DNA of 64,000 nucleotides from Adineta vaga (GCA_021613535.1 CP075495.1:11222001-11286000), one strand, 5' to 3'. Shown: positions 12,991 through 28,167, counted from the first letter of the stretch. Notes: a model not told the origin generated them from the sequence alone. Translations and numbers: made by a program.

Positions 12991-14263
12991 ATGTCAATCA
13001 AAATAATCATGTGGTTTTGGAAGAAAAGACAAATCTTCTCGATTGTATCTATAATTTTATTTGTAATCATACTAATATTGACTACTAAATTACCAGCATT
13101 GAAGACTATTCGTATTCCAGTTATTCAATCTACAAAAGAATTAAATAAAGTTAAAAATCAGATATGTATTTTACGTGAATGTACATTAGAAGAAAAACAA
13201 CAATATGGTCAACTATTTTCAACGTTTCCACCAGAATGGTCAGGGTGTTATGGTGATTTTTATTTAACAGCCTTTAATAATGAGAATTCATCAAAATATA
13301 CTCTACTTGATGTTGGTTCGAATAAAGCTTACGCAGTAGCAACATGGTTGGCTTTCTTCATACCAAAATTGAATATTAATCAAGCTACTCTACATCATTT
13401 TCTCATGGGACAACCTTTAACTGACACATGTGGTTCATGTAATGATTGTAAAGATTTACCATTAACACGACAAAATGCACAACAAAACGTGACATTAGAT
13501 ATTCATGCTTTTGAACCACAACCAGCTACAACATCTGTATTACAAAGTATGCAAAAATGGATGAATTTAAGTGCAAAAGATAAATCAACACTGAATATTT
13601 ATGGTATGGCAGTTAGCAAGTAAGAAGTTTTCTTAGAATAATTGGTAACATAGATCTAAAAAGAGAGAATTCATATTTTAGTTATGTTGGTAAAGTTTCC
13701 TTTAAAAAGTGTAATCCTGGTAATGAAGTATGTAGTCTTGATGTGTCACGCGCTTCACCTCATGAACAAGTGGAAATTGATGCAATGACATTAGATTTTT
13801 TTGCTGATAAACATAATCTTTCGATAATTGATGTTATTAAAATTGATACCGAAGGATATGAACCATTGGTTTTTCAAGGTGCTAAGCGTTTGTTAGCAGA
13901 ACATCGAATTCGATTATTTATTTTTGAACATTTAAAAAGTGAGGAAATTGTCTTTGAAAAAAACAAACAACAGAAACAATGTTACTTTTTTCTCTCTTCA
14001 TATTCATTCTTCTAGTTGCGACATGGTTAAATACAACATTACAAATCGAAATATCAAAATTTACTAAATTAGGTTATATTTGCTATATCATAGGTAAACA
14101 TAATCTAATACGTGTTAGCAATTGTTGGAATGATAAATTTGCTGTTCAACATAATAATCTACTTTGTGTTTCGTCAAAAGATAGGAAATTATTTAATAGT
14201 ATCGATCAAATGCGATTAAATCAAACATTACCGATTGTATGTGAGAAAAATTCTATAGATTAA
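12991..14263 (+). CDS. FkbM-family (Methyltransf_21) SAM-dependent methyltransferase with N-terminal TM anchor
   Basis: LLDVGSNK, IHAFEP, TLDFF, IDVIKIDTEGYEPLVFQGA, FIFE; three exons (first intron 13620-13681). Confidence 0.85.
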
Positions 14264-14455
14264 TTTTGAAAAGTATTTTTCTTTAAATAAAATATAATCT
14301 ATTGATTAGAATAAATCACTTATTGATATTAGAAACTTCTTTATATTTGAAATGATATTTGTGTGAAATAGATCGGATACATTTTGGTTCTAGTGTTATT
14401 TAATCTGACTAGAAATTCAAACATATATATATATATTTATATAGAAACAATTACA

Positions 14456-16012
14456 TCAAACAATAACAGGTTTAATCAATAGATACAATTCTTTTGCTTC
14501 ATATGGATTATTTAAAACAATTTCAAGTTCATATTGATTTGATGTCGTAAACATAAATGTTTCACCTTGTTCAACTTGTAAAACACGTCGTTCTTGGTCG
14601 TAAATAATCGCTGTTACTTGAGCAGATGTTTCATGAGATTCATCATGTCGATGAACTTTGAGGGTCCATTTATCATGACTACGTTTTCGATAAACAACTT
14701 TCCAGTCAGCAGTACGATCAATTGAAGGAACAGGTGATGAACATGTTTGAACATCAACTTGAATACCAAAACGAAGGGTTGATTGAATATCAACACGATC
14801 ACTAAAAGAAATGTTTCGTTTCAACATCGATTGAGAAAAGAATGAGAATCGTTACGTACGTTATATTCATTTCAGTATATTGTCTTGGTAAATACCAATC
14901 TAATGGTACAAATTCTGGTTTATCAATTTCTCTTCTCAATGGTGCTAATGTATGAAATCGATAGGCTTGATATAATAAACGTTTCAATAAATCTTGAATT
15001 TGTTCACTATTATTTTTTTGATATAAAACTGATTCTTCAATATGAGATAATTGTATAGGTAACATTTGTGAAAAACGTATTAATGGTAAAAGTTCATTTG
15101 CGTAGGATAAAAGAAGTTCATTTGATGAACGTGCTAATAACCAATCACTAATTGATGTATACAAACGATATTCATTTGAAAGAACTAGATTTGATGTTGA
15201 AAGTAAATCTCGAATAAAATCAAAATCACATCGATGCCATTCATTTTGATTTATAGACGATAAAAGATATTCAATATTCCATGCAACTGTTTTCATACAA
15301 ACATCACGTAAATCATCAAGAGAAAATTGTTTAGCAATTGAATACCACGCAATACCATTACGAACATTCGGTGGTTTTGCTTTAATAATCATAAATTGTG
15401 CACATAAATTACGTAAACTAAAACAAATAAATAAATTTTCGATAAAATAAAAATATGAAGTTTTCAATCTGACATACGATTGTACATTGTATTTGTCAGC
15501 AAGACATAATAAACCAATAACATTCGTTTCATGAAGTGTTACTTTTGCCGTATAAAAAAATTTGAGAAATCTATTTCGTGAAGAACAAAATTAGATTTTA
15601 TCAAAAGAAGAAAATGAAAAATTTACTTTTCAAAAACATCACCTTGACATTCATCTTGTTCTTCAAGTAAAATTTCTGCATTAGTTGATGTCCAATGTTG
15701 AGAATAGAGAAGTGTTGCTAAAACATCACTCGATTTAGCTAAGATAAATTTATGTGCATGATAAAGATTTGTTCCAACACGTAGACAAATATCGGATAAA
15801 AATGGATTATTAAAAAATTTACTAGTCAATTCTACATGTTCATTCGTTGCATTTAAAGTGATTTCAGCATCTGTATTACCAGTTGTTGTACGTGGAATTG
15901 TAGTCGTCGTAATATTTACTGTTTCGATTAATTCATCAAGTGATATATCTCCGGATGGATTTGGAAGATTCATTAATGGTAAAACATGTTCTGCAAGAAA
16001 ATCATCATCCAT
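14456..16012 (-). CDS. BTB/POZ-BACK domain protein (BTBD17-like)
   Basis: SDICLRVG..YHAHKFILAKSSDVL (BTB); LSNEYRLYTSISDWL, LLPLIRFSQM (BACK); four exons. Confidence 0.9.
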
Positions 16013-16603
16013 GATTGATATATAAATTATAATCTATTAACATAAAAGAAAAACATCATTAAACAGCCAATTAACAATCTATCATCGCATATAGAATGAC
16101 AAGACATTTACTCTAGATTGATTAATCATAAAACGTAAACATATATATATTCTCGGTCTGTTAATCGATCTGATGACACTTACTTGATACAACAAGAAAT
16201 GTCCAACTGTTTATAATATATTCGCAATTTATGTCGTAAAGTTATAAATCAAATCAAGGTTATAATATTAAAAAACAACATTTTATAGTTGAAAGAAAAT
16301 AGCTTTTTCTTTAACTGCATGCATGCATCTTTCTGAACGCTACAATCGATCAGATTCTTCATGTAGCAGCATGCATCAACCAATAGTTAAATCTGAATGA
16401 TGTCACTGTATGACATTTATATGATTTCTATTTTTATTACGATGATGGAAATTAGAGAATGCCACCAAGATCAGATGATACTGACGTATTTCAACAGATG
16501 TGTTTATCAAATGTATTTATTTATTTTGCGAAATTAAAATAGTTCATTGTATATATTTACAATTGAAATAGACAAAAAAAAAAGATAGAAACGCTAAATG
16601 ATA

Positions 16604-19600
16604 TTAAGTTATGGAGACAGATCTTAATAATGGATTTTGTTTTCTTAAAATTGAAAGTGTTTCTGTATAAGGCGAATAAAATGATGATCCAGTTTGTGTC
16701 ACTTGATCTAATTTTGTCGGTAACCATGTTCCTTTTTTTTCTTCTAATGGTTCTTGTTGTGAAATTTGTCTTATATGATCTCGACGTTCATTAATTATTT
16801 TTTCAAGAGTATCAAATGGTGTTACAGTAGCTTTCAATTGTTTTGAGGCAAGTAAACGTTTATGTAAATGTTCAAATGGTTTAACTGCATGTAAACTACG
16901 ATTGAAGACGACTTGAAGCATGAATTTGATATAATCTAATGGTACAAACCAAATAATATTATAAACCCAAATAATCGCTAGAAGAAACAAGAAAAAACAA
17001 TAATTGTCTTAATATTAAATATTCATAGATATTTACCTGCCCAAGACCATCCACAGCCACGTATATCAGTGAATTCCCAATTCGCATAGACAGCAATCAA
17101 TGTTGTACACAATTGTGTAAGAACAAATGCACCGATTAAAAATATCGTTGGACGTTCAGTAAAACAGAAACCACGAGAACGTGTGATAAATATCAAAGCT
17201 TGACTAATTGATGAAACTTGTAAATAAATCATTGAATGAAGATGATGATGTGCATAACCACCATCTGCTGTTGGTTCTATATTATCAACACCAAAATGAT
17301 CTTGAAAAAAACTTGTTTGAACAACAATTGCAAAGAAAACAACAGTTGATGCTGATAAGTATAAACCATACACAATAGCAGATATAAAAACTTGTTTTAA
17401 ACGCCATTCATTTGGTTGTGGTGATGGTTCAACACGATCTTTTGATATTGTCATTATTGTACCATCATTTAATATAGCCATAATTAAAATCATGAATGGC
17501 GGAAAATCATAACGAAATATAAATACCAATAAAGCAAATGCTACAATTATACGAATCGTTACTGAACATGTATAAATAGCATAACTTGACATTCGCGCGA
17601 AAATTTGTCGAGAACCAAGTACAGCATCGATAATTACGGATAGACCTGGCTCAGTTAATACAATGGCAGCAGCAGAACGAGCAGCATCACTTGCATCTGA
17701 TACAGCAACGCCAACATTAGCTCTTGATAAAGCTGGTGCATCGTTGACTCCATCACCTGATGAAAAACAAGATCGTTTTCAAGAGACAATAGAAAAGAAA
17801 ATGAACTTACCAGTCATAGCAACAAGATGACCCATATCTTGAAGTCTTTTAACAATTTCAAATTTATGTTCAGGAAATACACTAGCGAATCCATCGGCAT
17901 TAAGAATAATTTCATTCATTTTTTCATCATCCTTTTCTGATTTGCCATGTTCACGAATTAAATCTTCATATACATACATAGTATCACCCATTCCTAAACG
18001 TCGACCTGTTTCTTTTGCAATTTCTAATTGATCACCAGTAATCATTTTCACTCGAACTCCTAATTAATCCAAAAAAATATTTTTTCCAACGAAAAAATAC
18101 ACAACCAAAGAATTACCTAATTCGACTGCTCGTTTAATCGTTTCTGCTGTGTCATCTCGTGGTGGATCAAGTATTGGTAAAAGTCCAATTAATTTGAAGT
18201 TTTCATCGCCATCAGATATAGCAACAGCTAAACCACGTAATCCTCGATTAGCAAATTCATTAACATCTTTTCGAACTTTATCCGCATGTTCTGTTGCTTT
18301 ACATATACGTAAAATTGCATCAGGCATACCTTTTGATACTCGATGAGTCTTAGAATTTGATTTATCTTGATATATAACTTCTGTTCGTTTCGTTGTTGGA
18401 TCAAATGGAATAAATGATTGAACAGTAATCGAATTATTGATTGAATCAACATCACCAAATGATTCTAATACACATGTGTCACTAGAAATCATTTTATATA
18501 AGGAAAACGAATTGACTTCGACGATAAAAACAAACGTTTACTTACATAGCATCGGGATTCTCTCGATTACAAGCATATGTAGCATAACGAATAATATCAT
18601 CGACTTCAATATCAGTATATTTAATAATTGTTTCTTTATCAATTATCAATTTATTCAATGTTAATGTTCCAGTTTTATCTGAACAGAGGATAGTAACTGC
18701 AGCAAGTTCTTCAATAGCTGTAAAACGTGTAACAATTGCTTTACGATCAGATAATTGTTTCGCACCAATTGCAAGTGTCACTGATAAAACTGTAGGCCTA
18801 AAGAAAAGAATTGATATTTATTTTCTATGATGATAAATTAAAGATTACTTACATAGCTATAGGTAATCCTCCGATAAGTAGAACTAAGATATTATTAATA
18901 CCTCGTCGGTAACTATATCGAAATCCAGCATACATAACAAATATTTCAGCAATAATAAAGATAGCAATACCAACAATACAGAAATTACCAATTTTTGCTA
19001 AGATTTTTTGTAAATGACCCATTTCATCTTTTGCACCACCAACCATTTGAGCAGCATGACCGAATTGTGTGTTTTTTCCCGTTGACATTACTATTGTTTC
19101 ACATTCACCTTGTTTACATGTTGTCGATGAGAGTACAATATCGCCAATTTTCTTTGTCGCAGGTAGTGATTCGCCAGTTAATGCTGCTTGATCAATTGAA
19201 ATAACTCCACCTGGTGATGAAATAATTCGAGCATCAGCTGGAACAATATTACCTAATTTGATAGCAACAATATCGCCAGGTACTAATTGGCTAGCTTCAA
19301 TTGTTGTCCACGAACCATTATTACGTTTAACACGACATTCAGGTGCTAAAGATGCCATCAATGCTTTAACTGCATTACCTGCACGGTATTTTTCAATATA
19401 ACCAATGGTTGCATTAATTAAAAGAAGTAGAAGAATACCAACAAAATCAGGCCAATCTGGAGGTTCACCACCACCATTACTTAATGCAATAGCAACAATT
19501 GCAGCTGCTTCCATAACCCTGAATTTAGAAAGATATCATATCGATTAAAATCATGTCTTGAAAGAAAAGAAAATGTTACCAAGAAAGTGGATTCCACATG

Positions 19601-20080
19601 AAAAGAAGAAATTGAATAACAGGATGTCGGTCTTTATGTTCAATTTTATTTTCACCAAACTGCCCACAAAATAATAGCAATATGTTATAAATAGTAAAAC
19701 AAGACGAAATTTACCTTTTCTAAACGTTCATGAACTTGATCATCGGTTAAACCTTGCGGTGAAGATCTATTCATGTATATATATATATATATGTATAATT
19801 ATTCCAATTTCATTATTGAATTTGTTCCTCTTACTCAAGTATTTTGAATACTGTATCTATATCATATTTATATAAATCACATTTTTCTTTATCATACAGA
19901 GTATCAACATCAATCGTTTTCCAATTTCCGTCAGGTGGTGATGGAGGTGGAATATCAACGCGTGTCTCTTTTTTATCTGTATTCTCTCCTGAAGATTGCT
20001 TCGTTGTTTCCTCTTTATCGTTCACTAAAACAAATACTATAATTCTTAGAATTTCATAATATCAATATGATGGACTTACT
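16604..20080 (-). CDS. P3A-type plasma-membrane H+-ATPase (plant AHA / fungal PMA family)
   Basis: [72 protein letters not shown]. Multi-exon; the ATG is split as A|TG by intron 20025-20079. Confidence 0.95.
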
Positions 20081-20985
20081 TTTTCGTTAGTATGTCTCTT
20101 GAATAGATCTATGTATGTCGAGAAATAACAAGACTTCTATTGCAAAAGTTGTTTTACTTATGTACGCACTGTGAATATACTTCGAAATAGAAAATCAGGA
20201 CTAAGCAGTACATCAATGAAACATTTTTCTCTTTCTCTTACTCTTTACTTGTCGACTTTTACGTGTACTTTTTTCTCTCATCAGGTTATTTCGAGTAGTA
20301 GTTTCTTTTTTTTGTTAAATTCTTGTTATGAATACAAATGAAATAGCACTATGAAAACGATAGTTAAATATATTTCGTTTTTATATTTATATGTTATTTT
20401 TAGTACCGAAAAGAAGTGTACGAAATAATTATATGATGTACCAACAAAGATTCCATTTTTCTAAATGAAGAAATGAGTAATCAAACATGACATTGGGAAC
20501 AGTCTTAATAATGTTCGTATCATTTATATATTCCATCAATTAAGAATAGACTTAGATTAGAATGATGTGAAAATGAAATCGATATTCTTACTATCATTGA
20601 TCAGTCTTTATTACAAAATTTTAATTATATTTCGTCAATTTGTTTTCATTTCTTTACATAAGCTAGATTTTTATGGACTCTATTTGTCAATTAATATATA
20701 AATACATGAATCAACGAAAGAAATATTTGTGCAGTTCGGATTTTCAATCTTTTTTTTTGTATATATACACAATGTTAATTATATCATAGAGAAATCTCTA
20801 TAATTTGAGAAACCATCTTATGCAATGAAATGAAAATACTCTATGACTTCTATATATATATATAATGCATGATGAAGAAATAAAATATTACCAAATGAAC
20901 TGTCCTCATAGAATTGATGTTGAAGAAAGTTTTCTTATTTTTTTGGAAAACAAAACATTTTTATTTTTTTCATCATATGTCTATC

Positions 20986-23900
20986 TCATTGAGAAGACAA
21001 AGCAAAATTTCGTACAACTGATTGTGTATCAAAATGTGTCTTGATACCAACAGAAGCAAGTTCAGCAATAAGATATTGTAATACATATGGTATTGTAACA
21101 TGTTGAACAGTATTTGATGATGAACCACAACAATATCGACATACATAGCCAACTTTTGTTTTAACTAATGATAATAATGAACCACAACGTGTACATACAT
21201 ATGCACGTGTTTCATCTGAACAATGAAGAAGACGATCAAGAAGAATACCAGCAACACCATGACCTAGTAAAGCATCACGTTCCATTTCACCGACACGTAT
21301 ACCACCTTCACGACGACGACCTTTAACTGGTTGATTCGTCAATGCATCAACAGGTCCAGTTGTACGCACCTTATTTTATTAATAATAAAAACATCGATAT
21401 TTTCACTGTCTATTTAAAAAAATCTATTATTCTTACTTGAAATTTATCACTAACTAAATGACGAAGACGTTGATAATAAACCACACCAATAAATATATCA
21501 ACTTCAAGTTGAAGACCAGTTGTACCACTATACATCGATTCGGTTCCATAATAACTGAAACCAGCTAAAGAAAAGAATTTTCTAAATCAACATAAATACT
21601 TTTTTTTAGTTTTCTAACCAGCTCGTAGTAATTTTCCGTAATAATCAACCGCTGGATAATCATCATTAAATTGAAATGGTGTACCATCATGTGATAAACC
21701 ATGTAGAACAGCTGATTTTCCTGCCATAAATTCTAATAACATACCAATTGTCATACGTGATGGAAAACCATGCGGATTGAATATAATATCTGGTACAAGT
21801 CCAGATTCCGTAAATGGCAGATCTTCTGTTGGATATAAACGCGAGCAAACACCTTTTTGACCATGACGTGATGAGAATTTATCACCAATAATAGGAGTAC
21901 GCTAAAAAGAAACGTTTTAGTCGAATAAAACTAGAAAATAAATGTTTACCATGATACGATACATGATCCATGCTTTTGATTTAAGTAATTTTCCATCTTC
22001 ATCACCAACAAGTGTAACAGACATAATATGTGCTGGTTCTTTCTTATGATATCGTACAGTTTTATATTCCTGAGTTAATTTATTTAAATAACAACAAAGA
22101 ACTTCATCGGGTTGTATTGTCGAACCAATAACAGGCAGACCATCTGCATCTAAATGACGCCAAAGTGGATTTTTTGTATCTAATGCTAGAAGAAGAAGAA
22201 AAAAACAGATGAAATAAATCGTATTTAATATTTATAGATTGACAATTAAAATATTTACCAAATACAAGTGGATATTTTCCTTGATCATTTCTATCTGTAA
22301 CTAATTCTTGTAAGTCAATCAACTACAAAAGACGCAAATCAATTGTATTTTATTGTTAAAAATATCAAGTGTTGAGAATCAGTATTCACCTCGGATGCAT
22401 ATATTGCACCATGAGCAAAACCTCGTTCTATAGAACTTTTATTGATAACCATAGCATCTTCCATATCATATCCCTACATTGGAGAAAAAAGCACCAGATA
22501 ATTTATATACATATTATTTGCTATTTTATTACAGTATACGAAAGTACAGCAACAATTGCATTTGTACCCATTGCATAATCATCAAGTGCATATTGATTAT
22601 AAACACGTGTTCGAATAAGTGGTGCTTGTGGTGTTGTAATATAATATAATTTATTATCATTTCGTTTGCGATATGCTAAGGTTGGTGTACCCATTGTTTG
22701 TTTACCCATTTGGCATTGATACATATTACGTGGAGATTGATTATATTCACTAAATGGTGTTAAACTAGCTGTAATCGATAAGAAATTATATTGTGTTAAT
22801 TCTTGATGAGTTGTATACTGAAAATAGAATGTATATTTTCAATAGTAGTAAAAGAAATAAATGAGAATCTTACTCCGGTTACGAATTCATCATGAGTTAT
22901 ACATATACCAAGATAGACTTGTTCGAATGTACCAATATATTCTGTTGTTTTAGTTAATAAATTCATGACTGGTCGTGTCATTCGAGCTGGTGTAGTAAAT
23001 AGAAACAAAGCTGGATAGAGTGTATAAAATCCATGTGGCTCTTTAGGTATTAGAACAATTTCTAAGTACTCTGACACACCGGAACGACGACGATTGCCTG
23101 TAGCTTTATCAAAACGAAGTTGTGCAGCAATAGATGATGCTTGATTATCATCGATAAATCTAAACAAAACTTTCCTTCAAGAAAAATTTTCCTAGCTGAG
23201 TAAAACTTACCCGACAAGTTGTCCATCGAGAATTACATCGTAACAATCAATATCTAATGATGGTGCTCGTCGCATACCATAGGAAAGTAATGTATCAACA
23301 AGAGCATCAAGTGATGTGTTTGTTGATGATTCTTGTGTTACTTGACATGTCATACATAGATGATTGAGTAGACCGCATAGATGACCATCAGGTGTGTGGA
23401 CAGCGCAAAGAAAACCCCATGCTTCAGGAAGTAACTTTCGAACTGATGTTGTATTTGTTTCTGTGAATGCATCACCACGATGAACAGAACGAAAATGAGA
23501 TATAAATCGAAGAATATTTAAACGTTCAGCAATGATTGAAAAGCCACTTGTCTAAAAGGACGAAAAAAGAAAAACAAATTCTTAATGAGTTGTACGCAAA
23601 TAATTCCAACAAAAACAAACGAACCTGTCTCAATCCGAGATTTGTTTTCGAATTTAGATTTCCAGTAGCTAAAAAATGTTCAAATGCTTTTGCTATCTGT
23701 TCTTTATCCATCGTATCCATTGCTACACGAAGTTCTACAAATTTGCCAAGAAAAAGAAAAACGAAACACAACAATGGTGTCTGTCAATAAAACACACGTA
23801 CACACTTGTAGTTATTGATGCATCATTTGATGTTTTAGTACTTTTGTTTAATTTTAAAAATATTTCTCGTAATGATATTAACCATGTTTCTAGTCGTTCC

Positions 23901-25710
23901 TTGAAAAATGAACGATGATATTTTCAATTGTTAAAAACAAAATAGAAAAAAAAAGTTGATACTTACAGATAGTAATGCTAGATAAACATGGCCAGGTAAA
24001 AGAATTTCATGCATTGATGCTGCATCTTGATCTTCAGCTTTACATTCATCTCGAACGTATGAAAAAAGTTTACGAATCATAAATCTAAACAAAATCAGAT
24101 TTTTACATAAGATATAGTGGAAATGATTTGAATCAATACAAACATTAACATATGAAATTTTGCTTTATCACTTTTCAAATGAATTAATATATAATTGTCA
24201 AGTAAATAACGTGCAACTTCAGCATTCGTATGCCATGATGGTCGTTGAAGACGTGTTCGAAAATGTGAACCAACATAATCTATTATTAACTGACGTGTCA
24301 TTAATGGTTGTTCATTCCAAAAGGTTTTTTGTAATTGACGAAGCATATATTTAATATTACTAAAGAAAAATAATCATGAATATCAATTTGTTTCAATGAG
24401 AAAACATTACCTATCAAACGCACTATTATTCTTATAAGCACCACGCATAAGATTTTCATGAATTTCACGATCTGATGTATTATCATCTGCTAACATCTAT
24501 GAAATAAAGAATTGTATTCAATTATAAAACAATGCGAATCTTTTACTTTGAGTATCATTATAACAGGAATGAAATACATTTCTTTACGAAACATAAAGGC
24601 AAGTGAAATAGCACCTGTATCCAAATAATGAAGTGTATTTTCCTAAAATGAAAAGAGATAATTTAAAATCACTTGAAATTTTCGCCAATATCGAACTTAC
24701 AATGCCACGTTGATCATCGGATAAACAGCGAATTTGAAGACCACGATCTGTAAATCCTGGACCACGTTGTCGCCATCGTCCACGAGACATTGCTACAGGC
24801 TAAAATTCATTGTAAACCTTTTTCATTGTTCATCTTTCAATTAAATTACATACATAATTACGTCTTGTCATTGTTAATAAACGTAAAATACGTTCATAAC
24901 CTTTGACAACAAAATATCCACCATTTTCATTTGGTTCTTCATATTTTGAACATAATTCTTTTGTATTCATATTTGCTAAATTACATGCATCACTCTAAAA
25001 TCAAGAGATATACTTTAAAAGAAATGAATATGCAAATCATGAGATATTCATACTCGAACCATAACAGGTATTGAACCGAGATTTCGATCGTATGATTCAC
25101 GTCCAACTAGTTTACCATTTTGATCAAATATTTCCGCATGAAGACGAGCATGTAATGTTCCTGAATAAGTACTTTTACCCATACGAGCTTCAGCAGGATA
25201 AACATAATGACTAAGACGATTTGCACCAGCAATAACTTTTGCTTTTGGTCGAGCTATTTCTAAACTCTACGTAGAATAAAAGGAATTTAAATAACAATTT
25301 TGAATAAGAAAAACAAATTATCTATTTTACAATGAATTTTAATTTCACACGTAATTTTGTATTGGTTTCAAATTCTAATGGTAAGATAGCCTGTATAATT
25401 AAATAAAAGTTAAAATGAAATAAACAATTCATTATCTTTTATCTTACACTAGCTGCTTTCATTAAACCTTCCTTAAGCATCCAATTAAATGAATCGACAT
25501 GTGGTCGAGTAACATCACACATTGCCTTTAAATGAGATTTAAAAAAAAAGTTAAAGTATATTATAAATCGATAAACGCAAGATTTCTAACCGGAATAGGT
25601 CCATCTTTACGATTGAATGTTTTAGTTAAATATTCAAATGTTTCATCTTGTTGGCGAGTTGAAACTGTTGATGTTATCGTTGTGTTATTCTCACGATTCT
25701 TTTTACCCAT
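20986..25710 (-). CDS. POLR1B: DNA-directed RNA polymerase I second-largest subunit (RPA2/RPA135)
   Basis: [99 protein letters not shown] and a C-terminal Zn ribbon; many short introns. Confidence 0.96.
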
Positions 25711-26052
25711 TTCGGAAAAAGAAAACTATTTAAGAAAATAGAATAACTGAACGAAATGTATGTTAAGATATCCATGAAATATCTACTCAAAATCTTATTG
25801 GTTATTTCAAATCTTTCAATCAACCAATACGATTTCATTATATTCTTTTTGTTCGTTGCTCTACTCATTTATAATAGAAAAACAAAAATTATAATGTTGA
25901 TCAGGAATTTTGTATAAATAAATCATCTTTATACTTGGAAAAATGATCCCAAAGAATGATGAACGATAGGTATCGACTTCTTCGAACGTTCTGTTAAAAA
26001 TACAGAACAAAAAAGAAATTGCATGGCATGATTTTGGAGACAAAAAAAATGG

Positions 26053-26134
26053 CGACGAGGGTGAGATTCGAACTCACGCGGGCAGAGCCCATTAGATTAG
26101 CAGTCTAACGCCTTAACCGCTCGGCCACCTCGTC
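26053..26134 (-). tRNA. tRNA-Ser(GCT), copy 1
   Basis: GACGAGGTGGCCGAGCGGTTAAGGCGTTAGACTGCTAATCTAATGGGCTCTGCCCGCGTGAGTTCGAATCTCACCCTCGTCG; 82 nt with a long variable arm, followed by CCA and a T8 Pol III terminator. Confidence 0.97.
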
Positions 26135-26856
26135 GAAACATGTTGTTGATGAAACATATAATGAATGAGTTAGATTATAATTTTTATCAAAGATTTAAAA
26201 AAAAGAATAGAAAACTAGATTTTGTTGATAAATTCAAATGTTTAAGAGCAATGAAATCTTTCGATCGTATCCATTAACGTATAAGCAATCAAACTAGCAA
26301 TTATTGTAAGATGGAAACTAATGTTTTTTTCGCCACTTAGATGTATGTGAAATCCTTTGTAATAACGCCTTTTTTTCGCTTTATCAATATTTACATTCAA
26401 GTTTCGTTCTGTTCTTTCTCAAATTATTATATGTCGATAAATAATGTTGTTTATGATTTATTTATTCGAATTTTATTTACTCATCTCTTAACTATAATGT
26501 CTTTCTATGGAGTTAAATAATCAGACCACTTCTAATCATTCATAGTTAAAAAAATCGAGGGTAAAAACAGTTGAAAATGGAAGCCTTTCGTCGTTGATTT
26601 GTTGGAAAGTTCAGAAAGTTTTCGAATGTATAAACAATTACTTGATTGATGGTATGACAAAATTCTACGGATCATCTTTTTAAGAAATGATCAACACAAT
26701 TTTATTACAAAAGAAAAAAGAATTTACTAACGATCACTGTATGCTTACCAATGAAGTTCAATAAATAAGAAAGACACGAAAAAGAGAGAGAAAGAGAGCA
26801 TAGAAGTAAAAAAAAGAAATTTCTGTTCTAATTGTGAATATACACATATGTATGTA

Positions 26857-27820
26857 TTAACATTCATAGAGATTCTGTTGATCATCATGAATATGATTGG
26901 ATATCGTATTTTTCGATGAATTCATGAGTAATGGTAATGAAACAACACAACTTGACTTGTTTTGTTTATAACGACGAAATGATCGTGGTTGTTCTGTATA
27001 TGACATAAGACAAAGATTTGTTGGTGATGATGAATCAAGTGTAGTTTGTTGAAAAATTGTAACTTGATTTTGAAAATATTTTAATTGTTGCTTAAAATAA
27101 AAAGATAGAATAGAATCAGTTGATTGTATTGTCAATATACCTTTCTAACTCGTCGTTTTAATGATGTTATATGATCACTATATCGGTGTGATATAAGATT
27201 TTTAACATAAAGATTCTCTTTTCGTATTGAATTTTCGAATGATGTATTAAATTCTTCTGATGAATCTGTGGATAATAGATATAAAAAATCAATATTTGAA
27301 TGTTCGGCGTAATTTGTTAAATACAAACCTGTTTGCGTAACAATAATTTCTTGATCATCAATTATATATGATCCATCAGTATAGGATTGTAATGTAACAT
27401 TTGGAGGATTAAACGATCTTGTTAACTAAAAATTTCAATAAGAATTGTCAATGTTGCTGAGCAACATAGTTAAAGAATTTTCAAATTCTATCGTCTCATT
27501 CAATTTTTCAAGGTAATTCACATACATATCGTTGAGATTTATCGTCGATTTTTCTTGTTGTTTGATATTTTCCCGTAACAGTCGGTTTTAAACGAGCTAA
27601 TAAAAGTCGATGCCAATCATTATTATTCATTGTCGAAGAATTGACAGAATCCTTTAGAAAATAAATCAATTCAGAATGTCATTAAATTGCTAAAATTCGT
27701 GAAACAAACTTTAATCGAATCGGTTGATGATATATTTCTATAAACATTGTTTTGTTTTTGATATATTCTTTTTGAATTCAGATTTAATGAATTGAATGTT
27801 TGTATCATCGTTTCTGCCAT
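26857..27820 (-). CDS. Hypothetical four-exon protein
   Basis: MAETMIQTFNS..|DSVNSSTMNNNDWHRLLLARLKP..|LTRSFNPPNVTLQSY..RRVRK|QQLKYFQ..NLYEC* joins through GT-AG introns; no domain recognised. Confidence 0.6.
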
Positions 27821-28167
27821 AATCAAGTCAATGTCTTTACAGTGTATGTACGTAAACTCACGAGATTAGAAATATACAAAGAAGAAAGCTTATATAAATA
27901 AAATAACACTTGATCAACTACTCAGGTATGCCTTCTTTTCTTTTTCATTCTTTCTCTTTCTTTTTTACTCTCTCTCTCTCTCCTCCTTTCATTTTTTTTC
28001 GCTTCATATTTGTTCGATTGGTACGAAATATTGAAAATATTCCTGACAACATCAAATCAATCACACAATTTAGTGGTATTTATTTATTTCAAAAAATGAT
28101 TTCATATTTATCTCTATAATGTTTGTTGTTTAATTGCCGAATGAAGAAAGAAAAATAGGACAATATT

